A program made the translations under genes and the position numbers. Below the pieces are notes generated by a model. That model did no database searches, had not been told where the DNA came from, and saw nothing but the letters and a program-made list of their open reading frames with translations. Of a stretch of DNA of 64,000 nucleotides, positions 57,014 through 64,000 are shown piece after piece. Location of the stretch: positions 352,001 to 416,000 of the forward strand of contig CAVXTP010000006.1 in assembly GCA_963764715.1 (NCBI GenBank), written 5' to 3'. Source of the stretch: an uncultured Acidobacteriota bacterium (lineage in GTDB: Bacteria; Acidobacteriota; Thermoanaerobaculia; UBA5066; Gp7-AA6). The number at the start of each line of letters is the position of its first letter. Within the stretch, counting starts at the first letter, position 1.

Positions 57014-58069
57014 ATGGCCGAACCCGTCATCGCCGCCACCGCGACCGCGGTTCCCGATTTCGTGGTCACGCGCGAGGTGGTCAAAACCTACTTCGGGCAG
57101 GTGTTCCCCCTCGAGGGCTCACGACTCGACGCCATGATGGGGGTCGTGGACAACTCCGGGATCCGGCAGCGCTTCTGCGTCCTGCCCGTGGACGAGCTCA
57201 TCCGTCCGAGATCCCTCGAGAGAATCAGCCAGCAGTATCAGGAGCACGCGATCCGCCTCGGCCGCGCGGTCGCGACCGAGTGCCTCGAGCGCGCGCAGTT
57301 GCGCCCCGAGGAAATCGACCTGATCATCACCGTTTCGTGCACCGGCGTGATGATCCCGTCGCTCGACGCGCATCTGGTCAACGCCATGGGCTTTCGGTCG
57401 AATGTTCGCCGCCTGCCGATCACGGAGCTCGGGTGCGCCGCGGGCGCCTCGGCGATCGCGCGAGGGCGCGATTTCCTGCTGGCGTTCCCGCGGGGCAAGG
57501 TCCTGATCGTCGCCGTCGAGCTCGCGAGCCTCACGTTTCAGCGCGGCAGCCTCTCTCAAGCCAACCTGATTTCGAGCATCCTCTTCGGCGACGGCGCCGC
57601 TGCGGCCGTCATGAGCGGGCAAGAGGTGCCCGGGCCGCGGGTGCTCGACGCCGAGAGTTACCTGTTCCCCGACTCGATCGACGCGATGGGCTTCGCGCTG
57701 AAGGAGACGGGGCTCCACATCGTGCTCTCCCGCGACGTCCCGGACATGATCCGGGCCCGGATCCGGGGCCTCGTGCAGTGCTTTCTCGAGCGCCACGGTC
57801 TTGCTCCCGAGGGAATCGACGCCTTCGTGCTCCATCCGGGCGGCCGAAAGCTCCTCGCCGCCATCGAAGAAGAGCTCGCTCTGCCTCGCCAGCGTACACA
57901 ACCCTCGTGGGACGTCCTCGCCGAGTATGGGAATCTGTCGAGCGCGTCGGTGCTCTTCGTGCTCCACGAATGGCTGACGAAGAGGCGGCCCACGCCTGGC
58001 AGCCTCGGCCTCATGGCGGCCTTCGGGCCCGGCTTCACGGCGGAGCAGCTCCTGCTGCAATGGGCATGA
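57014..58069 (+). CDS. Type III polyketide synthase (chalcone synthase-like)
   Basis: ELGCAAG (Cys), LFGDGAAA, LHPGG (His), YGNLSS (Asn), AFGPG. Confidence 0.92.
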   Translation: MAEPVIAATATAVPDFVVTREVVKTYFGQVFPLEGSRLDAMMGVVDNSGIRQRFCVLPVDELIRPRSLERISQQYQEHAIRLGRAVATECLERAQLRPEEIDLIITVSCTGVMIPSLDAHLVNAMGFRSNVRRLPITELGCAAGASAIARGRDFLLAFPRGKVLIVAVELASLTFQRGSLSQANLISSILFGDGAAAAVMSGQEVPGPRVLDAESYLFPDSIDAMGFALKETGLHIVLSRDVPDMIRARIRGLVQCFLERHGLAPEGIDAFVLHPGGRKLLAAIEEELALPRQRTQPSWDVLAEYGNLSSASVLFVLHEWLTKRRPTPGSLGLMAAFGPGFTAEQLLLQWA

Positions 58070-58185
58070 GGGTTTAGCGAAGCCGTCGGCCGGTCGACCC
58101 GGCGCTCACCTGGTCCCCAGGGCCGTATGACTGCGCCCAGGCCGGGCGAGTCAGAGAAACGCGCCCCCGCTCCGACCGAGCGCGG

Positions 58186-58539
58186 TCACTGAGCGCCCCG
58201 CTCGAGAATGTCCTTCAGGATGATTGCACTGTTTCGCTCCTCGTCACTGGCGGCGTAGACGAAGGTGACCCGCTTTTCCCGAGTAGTGACGTGCCTCAGA
58301 AGGGCCAGAATGCCCGGTCGGGCCTTCAACTCAGCCCGATATCGCTGGCGAAACCGCGGCCAGCGGGCCGGATCGTGGCGGTACCACTCCCGCAATTCCG
58401 GGCTGGGGGCCAGCTCCTTCAGCCAGAGGTCGACCTTCGCCCTCCGTTTGGTCACTCCGCGCGGCCAGAGGCGTTCCACCAGGATCCGCATCCCGTCGTT
58501 CCTCGATGCCGGCTCGTAGGCACGCTTCAGCTTGATCAT
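58186..58539 (-). CDS. DUF488 (YeaO-like) protein
   Basis: IKLKRAYEP...DG.RILVERLWPRGV...WLKELAPSPELREWY.H. Confidence 0.9.
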   Translation of the reverse strand: MIKLKRAYEPASRNDGMRILVERLWPRGVTKRRAKVDLWLKELAPSPELREWYRHDPARWPRFRQRYRAELKARPGILALLRHVTTREKRVTFVYAASDEERNSAIILKDILERGAQ

Positions 58540-58640
58540 TCTCGGCCTCTCCTCCGATGTTCGCCAACGGGCGACGTTCGATGAACCCCCGGCGCGACCG
58601 GCAATTTCGTCAACGGGCGGGAGGCGCGTATCCTTCTCGC

Positions 58641-58889
58641 ATGACGAAGAAACAGCGCCCGATTCTCCAGGCTCTCGTGATCGCCTGTGCGCTCGCCTCG
58701 CCCGCTTTCGCGGCGGCCCCGACTCCGACCCCGACGCCGAGGCCTGTCGGAGCAACCACGGTGAAGAGCTCGAAATCGAACTCCTCCGATCGCGTGGCTG
58801 CGACCCCGACATCCAGACCGGTGGAGGGGAAACCCTCGAAAGAACAGCGGGTCGCCCCGACACCCAAGGCCGGCGGCGCAACGCCGTAG
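58641..58889 (+). CDS. Small secreted low-complexity protein
   Basis: GGAGG SD, signal peptide ending PAFA, TTVKSSKSNSSDR core. Confidence 0.6.
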   Translation: MTKKQRPILQALVIACALASPAFAAAPTPTPTPRPVGATTVKSSKSNSSDRVAATPTSRPVEGKPSKEQRVAPTPKAGGATP

Positions 58890-58971
58890 CGACGCCCGAC
58901 GAACGGATCCGCCCGTCCTGTGCGCGGGGCTCGACAGAGCGCCGAACCCCGCGCCGCGCATGCGACGGCCT

Positions 58972-60453
58972 CTACTTTGCCGCCACGACGACGCCCGGCG
59001 GGTTCCAGGTCCCTTCGCCCGGCGGCAGGATCGACGGCGGGGTGTCCCTGGGCCAGTACAGGCGCATCACGAGGTAGATGGTGTCGTTCGGCGCCGGCAG
59101 CCAGTTGGATTCCTTCGCCTTTCCGGGCGAGTCCTTCTGGATGTGCAGAGTCAGCGATCCGTCCGCGTTCTTCTTCATGCCGGACAACATCGGCGAGTTG
59201 ATGAGGTACCGGTCGATCGGGTTCTTGATCAGGAGCTGACTCTTTCCGTCGTACATCGTCACCGACCAGAAGGCATTCACCGGCGGGAGCTGGCCGGCCG
59301 GGAAAGTCAGCGTGTAGTCGTGCTTGCTGCCGTCGAGCGTTTCGCCCGTGGCGTCCGTGCGGGTATAGGGGTACATCGCTTCCACGGCATCGTTCCCGTA
59401 GATGCCCCCCTTGGCGGCGGCGGCTCGCTTGAGCCAATCGCCCTTGTAGAAGGCCTGGTCGCCGAAGAAGGCGCCGATGCGCCAGCCGTTGACGCTTTTC
59501 ATGCCGCCGGCCAGCCACTTCTCGACCTTGTCGTCGCCCTGCTTCATGCCCAGCAGGACGGCCGCCTTGTGTTCCGCGGAGAGGTCCTTGAAGTCGAAGG
59601 TCTTCCCCGGACCGACTCCGATGCTCGCCAGCTTCGCGCGGACGTCCTTGTCCTCGGCCGACGGGGGCACGAACTGGAGGGCGGCGTCCAGATACTCGTA
59701 GAAGTTCGCCTTGATTCCCTCGGTGGTGGCAGGAACGAAGTCGATCTTCGGCGCGGGAGGCGGGGCGGGCTGTTTGAGGAATGCCGACAGCGGCCGCGCC
59801 TTGTATCCCGCCTGGATCTTTTCGACGTTCCCCATGTCGGCGGGATTGAAGAGCTGGGTCCGGAAGAGCGTCAGCGCGAAGGGTGTCGTCGAGGAGAAGA
59901 CCTTCTCGATCCCTTTCGGAGTCTCGCCCTTCCAGCCGGGGCCCACCACCAGGTAGTCGCCCGCCTTGTTCCCCGTCGCGCGGCTCCCGATGTAGCCGAA
60001 GTTGTAGGTGTTTCCGTCGATCAGCTGCACCGAGTAGTAGCGGTTCTTCGGGACGGCCGGAACCGAGACGACCATCGGCTCGGCCCGGAGATCCATCCAG
60101 GCCACGGAGTAGGGCGTGTCGCTGTTCGGAGTGATGACCGCCGTGTCTTCCGGGGTGGCGACGCGATGCGCGTTGTTGATCTCGTTGAAGGGCGCCTTGA
60201 ACTGGCTGGACCTGGTGTCGACGGCGAATTCGTTCATGACCGCGTAGTTCATGACGAGCGGGAGGCCGTAGACGAAGCCCTCCTCGGCGATCGCCTTCGC
60301 CTCCTCGATGCTCGGAGCCGGGACGCCCTTCGTCACGTCCCGCTTCTCGGCCTGGGAGATCACGTCGTTCTTCTTCTGGCAGCCCGTGAGCAGGGTCGTC
60401 GAGGCGGCGAGAACGCCCAGCCATTTCATGGATGTCGAGAGTCCAAGGTTCAT
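58972..60453 (-). CDS. DUF1254/DUF1214 lipoprotein
   Basis: LTGC lipobox, TPNSDTPYS, PPVNAFWSVTMYD, NWLPAP, MRLYWP. Confidence 0.92.
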   Translation of the reverse strand: MNLGLSTSMKWLGVLAASTTLLTGCQKKNDVISQAEKRDVTKGVPAPSIEEAKAIAEEGFVYGLPLVMNYAVMNEFAVDTRSSQFKAPFNEINNAHRVATPEDTAVITPNSDTPYSVAWMDLRAEPMVVSVPAVPKNRYYSVQLIDGNTYNFGYIGSRATGNKAGDYLVVGPGWKGETPKGIEKVFSSTTPFALTLFRTQLFNPADMGNVEKIQAGYKARPLSAFLKQPAPPPAPKIDFVPATTEGIKANFYEYLDAALQFVPPSAEDKDVRAKLASIGVGPGKTFDFKDLSAEHKAAVLLGMKQGDDKVEKWLAGGMKSVNGWRIGAFFGDQAFYKGDWLKRAAAAKGGIYGNDAVEAMYPYTRTDATGETLDGSKHDYTLTFPAGQLPPVNAFWSVTMYDGKSQLLIKNPIDRYLINSPMLSGMKKNADGSLTLHIQKDSPGKAKESNWLPAPNDTIYLVMRLYWPRDTPPSILPPGEGTWNPPGVVVAAK

Positions 60454-60640
60454 GCTCGTCCTTTTTCAGATCGCCGTTCTTGTTTTTTTCCGTTCCCATT
60501 CGTCGCGGGCGCACGGATGGCCCGTGTTCGGTTCGCCATCATGTCACCGGCGGACGAAGTGCCGCAATCGCCGCGCGGACGGCGCCCCGCACTGCGATAC
60601 GCTCGCTCTTCCAGCGCACTCGAAACGAGGAGATCTGCCA

Positions 60641-62542
60641 ATGCCATCCCGCGCCCTCGACGGACTCAGCGCATCGGCCGGCCGAGTCGCCGGGATGCTC
60701 CTCGCCGCGGTCGGAGTCGCCGCGACGGCGCCCGCCCAGTCGATCACGGACTTTCCGGTGACGACGTCGAACAGCCAGCCCGCCGGAATCACGGCCGGGC
60801 CCGACGGCAACCTGTGGTTTACGGAGTTCGGCGTCGGCAAGGTCGGACGAATCACGACGGCCGGCACGGTCACCGAGTTCCCCGCGGCGGGCAACCCCCA
60901 GCTCATCACGGTCGGCGCCGACGGAAAGCTCTGGTTTCCGGAGGTCACGGTCGACAAGATCGGGCGGATGACGACCGCCGGAGGTTACGACGACTTTCCG
61001 GTCCTGACCGCCTCGCCCGGTCTCGTCGGCGTCGCCACGGGCTCCGACGGCAACGTCTGGTTCGTCGAGGGCGGCGCCGGCAAGGTCGGGCGCATCACGA
61101 CGGCCGGCGTCGTGACCGAGTTTCCGGCCCCGAGCGGCCCCGTGCTGCTTCAGATCGCGAGCGGCCCGGACGGCAACCTCTGGTTCACCGAGTTCAGCGC
61201 CGGCAAGGTCGGACGGATCACGACGGTCGGGGCCATCACGGAGTTTCCGGTGCCCTTCGTCGGCAGCCAGCCCCAGGGAATCACCGCCGGACCCGACGGC
61301 AACCTCTGGTTCACGGACACCGGAACGAACAGCATCGGCCGCATGACCACCACGGGAGCCGTGACCGAGTTCCCGATCCCGACCGGCTCGGCCAATCTGC
61401 TCGGCATCACGACCGGGCCGGACGGCAACCTCTGGTTCGCCGAGGCCGCGACGAACAAGATCGGCCGCATCACGACGGCCGGAGTCGTCACCGAGTTCCC
61501 GATCCCGACCGCCGGCTCCGCTCCGGTCGCGCTTGTGAGCGGACCCGACGGCAACGTGTGGTTCACCGAGACCAGCGGCAACAAGATCGGGCGGGTGACG
61601 CTCGGATCCCTGACGCCTCAGCCGGCGTCGGTCGACGCGCACTCGGCGACGGGGACGACCTCCAACGTCAACGGCGTTCTCGAGCCCGGCGAAAGCGTCG
61701 AGGTCTCTCCGGCGTGGCACAACACGCTCGGGGGGGCGCAGAGCGCCACCGGAACCGCGGTCAGCCTCACCGGCCCTCCAGGACCGACCTACACGATCAA
61801 CGACGCCGCCGCCGACTACGGGTCGGTCGCGGGCGGCGCTACGGTCGAGTGTCACGACGCCACCGGCGACTGCTATCGCATTACGGTCTCGGGGGTCCGT
61901 CCCGCGCAGCACTGGGACGTGGTGCTGACGGAGAACCTGAGCGCCGACCAGATCAAATGGGCCCGGCTCGTGCACGTCGGCAACAGCTTTGCCGACGTGC
62001 CGACCACCAACCAGTTCTACCGTTTCATCGAAGATCTCTTCCACAGCGGCGTTTCGGCAGGTTGCAGCGGCGGTAACTATTGTCCGAGCGGCACGGTTTC
62101 CCGGGCGCAGATGGCGGTGTTCCTTCTCAAGGGCAAGCTCGGACCGAGCCACGTCCCGCCGCCCGCCACCGGGACCGTCTTCGCCGACGTTCCGGCGGGA
62201 AGCTTCGCGGCCGACTGGATCGAGGAGCTCGCCGCGCTCCAGATCACCGGAGGCTGCGGAGGAGGGAACTACTGCCCCGGCCAGCCCGTGACCCGCGCCC
62301 AGATGGCCGTGTTCCTTCTGAAGTCCGAGCATGGACCGGCGTATTCGCCGCCGGCCTGCGCGGGGATCTTCGCCGACGTCGCGTGTCCTTCGACGTTCGC
62401 CGACTGGGTGGAGCGGCTCCAGGCCGAGGGAATCACGGCGGGCTGCGGGGGCGGCAACTACTGCCCGACCGATCCGAACATCCGCGGGCAGATGGCCGTA
62501 TTCCTCGTCAAGATCTTCGGGCTGCCGCTGTACCCGCCCTGA
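60641..62542 (+). CDS. Secreted Vgb-like beta-propeller protein with three Cys-containing SLH repeats
   Basis: About seven ITxGPDGNLWFTE...IGRITT repeats; ITGGCGGGNYCP SLH repeats; GAGGAG SD. Confidence 0.9.
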   Translation: MPSRALDGLSASAGRVAGMLLAAVGVAATAPAQSITDFPVTTSNSQPAGITAGPDGNLWFTEFGVGKVGRITTAGTVTEFPAAGNPQLITVGADGKLWFPEVTVDKIGRMTTAGGYDDFPVLTASPGLVGVATGSDGNVWFVEGGAGKVGRITTAGVVTEFPAPSGPVLLQIASGPDGNLWFTEFSAGKVGRITTVGAITEFPVPFVGSQPQGITAGPDGNLWFTDTGTNSIGRMTTTGAVTEFPIPTGSANLLGITTGPDGNLWFAEAATNKIGRITTAGVVTEFPIPTAGSAPVALVSGPDGNVWFTETSGNKIGRVTLGSLTPQPASVDAHSATGTTSNVNGVLEPGESVEVSPAWHNTLGGAQSATGTAVSLTGPPGPTYTINDAAADYGSVAGGATVECHDATGDCYRITVSGVRPAQHWDVVLTENLSADQIKWARLVHVGNSFADVPTTNQFYRFIEDLFHSGVSAGCSGGNYCPSGTVSRAQMAVFLLKGKLGPSHVPPPATGTVFADVPAGSFAADWIEELAALQITGGCGGGNYCPGQPVTRAQMAVFLLKSEHGPAYSPPACAGIFADVACPSTFADWVERLQAEGITAGCGGGNYCPTDPNIRGQMAVFLVKIFGLPLYPP

Positions 62543-62642
62543 TCGGCGCGGGCGACCGACCTGCGCCGGGAGTAGAGTTGGGCGCACGGTCACGGAATGA
62601 AAGTTCCGAAAGAGCCACGCTGACACCCCCTGATCCGCCGAC

Positions 62643-64000
62643 ATGAGTCTGAGTGCGGGAACACGGCTGGGCTCCTACGAGATCCTCGCGCCGATCGGCG
62701 CGGGAGGCATGGGCGAGGTCTACAGGGCGCGGGACGCGAAGCTCGAACGCGACGTTGCCATCAAGGTGCTCCCGGCCCACCTGACCTCGAACACCGACGC
62801 GCTCGGCCGCTTCGAACGCGAGGCCAAGTCGGTCGCGTCGCTGTCCCACCCGAACATTCTCGCCATTCACGACTTCGGGACCGAGGGCGGCGTCACCTAC
62901 GCCGTCATGGAGCTGCTCGAAGGCGAAACGCTACGCTCGAAGCTCGAAGCGGGGGCCCTCTCTCCGAAGCAGGCGGTCGACTTCGCGCAGCAGATCGCCC
63001 GGGGCCTCTCCGCCGCGCATGAGAAAGGCGTGATCCACCGCGACCTGAAGCCTGAAAACGTCTTCGTCGGCCGGGACGGGCACGTGAAGATCCTCGACTT
63101 CGGCCTGGCCAAGCGGATCGAGGCGGCCGCGACGGACGAACAGACGAGCGCCCCGACGGCCACCGGCCTGACGGAGCCCGGCACGGTGATGGGAACCGTC
63201 GGCTACATGTCGCCCGAACAGGTGCGCGGACTTCCGCTCGATCACCGCTCGGACATCTTTTCGTTCGGAGCGATCCTCTACGAGCTCCTGTCGGGCAAGA
63301 AGGCGTTCGCAAGGCCCACGGCCGCCGACACGATGTCGGCGATCCTGAAGGAGGACCCTCCGCAGCTCTCGGGCTCCAGCGCGAACGTCCCGCCCGCCCT
63401 CGAACGGGTGATGCGGCGCTGCCTCGAAAAGGAGCGCGGGAACCGCTTCCACTCGGCCAAAGACCTCGGCTTTGCGCTGGCGGAAGCCTCGGGACCGGCG
63501 CCGAGCTTCGCGGGTCCATCGGTCGCGCCTTCCCGAACGACGCTTCGGAAGGTCCTGGTCGCCGCGGCCGTCGCCGGGCTGGCGCTCGTCGGATTCCTCT
63601 ACTTGCAACGTTCACGGCGGCCCGCCGATGACGCCGTCAAACGGGTGGCCGTCCTTCCTTTCGAGAACCTGGGCGCACCGGACGACGAGTACCTCGCCGA
63701 CGGGATCTCCGACGAGATCCGGGGGAAGCTGACTTCGTTGCCAGGCGTCGCGGTCATCGCACGCGGCAGCTCCAAACCCTACAGGAAGACGACGAAGTCC
63801 CCCGACCAGATCGCGCGCGAGCTCGGCGTGCGCTACCTCCTGACCGCGACCGTCCGCTGGGAGAAGGGCGACGGCGGACAGCGCGTCCACGTCAGCCCCG
63901 AGCTGACCGAGATCTCGGGAACCGGCGCGCCGACGTCCCGCTGGCAGCAATCGTTCGACGCCGTCTGGACCGACATTTTCCAGGTGCAGTCGGAGATCGC
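62643..64000 (+). CDS. Hanks-type Ser/Thr protein kinase with TM helix and TolB-N-like domain; 3' end outside window
   Basis: Hand translation: IGAGGMGEVY, VAIKVL, HRDLKPEN, DFGLAK, GTVGYMSPEQ, VAVLPFENL. Confidence 0.93.
   Translation, partial: MSLSAGTRLGSYEILAPIGAGGMGEVYRARDAKLERDVAIKVLPAHLTSNTDALGRFEREAKSVASLSHPNILAIHDFGTEGGVTYAVMELLEGETLRSKLEAGALSPKQAVDFAQQIARGLSAAHEKGVIHRDLKPENVFVGRDGHVKILDFGLAKRIEAAATDEQTSAPTATGLTEPGTVMGTVGYMSPEQVRGLPLDHRSDIFSFGAILYELLSGKKAFARPTAADTMSAILKEDPPQLSGSSANVPPALERVMRRCLEKERGNRFHSAKDLGFALAEASGPAPSFAGPSVAPSRTTLRKVLVAAAVAGLALVGFLYLQRSRRPADDAVKRVAVLPFENLGAPDDEYLADGISDEIRGKLTSLPGVAVIARGSSKPYRKTTKSPDQIARELGVRYLLTATVRWEKGDGGQRVHVSPELTEISGTGAPTSRWQQSFDAVWTDIFQVQSEI

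Noticed and set aside
60740-61610. Periodic DNA repeats (GGCAACCTCTGGTTC...) resembling a CRISPR array
   Set aside because: They are in-frame codons of propeller repeats; no cas genes and no unique spacers

Overview
High-GC window that looks acidobacterial (Thermoanaerobaculia-like; inferred from Cys-containing SLH proteins, ADOP permeases and a TolB-N-type Ser/Thr kinase). It holds about 45 genes and three tRNAs (Asp-GTC, Val-TAC, Met-CAT). Main modules: (1) an operon running off the left edge, with a divergent IPMDH-family dehydrogenase, an isochorismatase-ALDH fusion and an NRPS-type A(-PCP) protein; (2) a QueC-like PP-loop protein, a nicotianamine-synthase-like protein and a radical SAM enzyme; (3) arsR-arsM with two matching palindromic operators; (4) three modular SLH surface proteins plus an orphan SLH remnant; (5) a cobalamin-dependent demethylase operon (two non-pyrrolysine MttB, corrinoid protein, activators); (6) two ADOP permeases flanking a LysR gene; (7) a nine-heme cytochrome; (8) a Zn-finger/ClC/EAL operon; (9) a hydroxylase-FabF-ACP / type III PKS lipid cluster. 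The strongest non-coding signal is two extra copies of the tRNA-Asp 3' end (19353-19369 and 14313-14336). They split the DNA downstream of the tRNA into stacked, integrase-free segments, each carrying SLH-protein sequence. Several genes carry apparent single-base insertions that are most likely sequencing errors.
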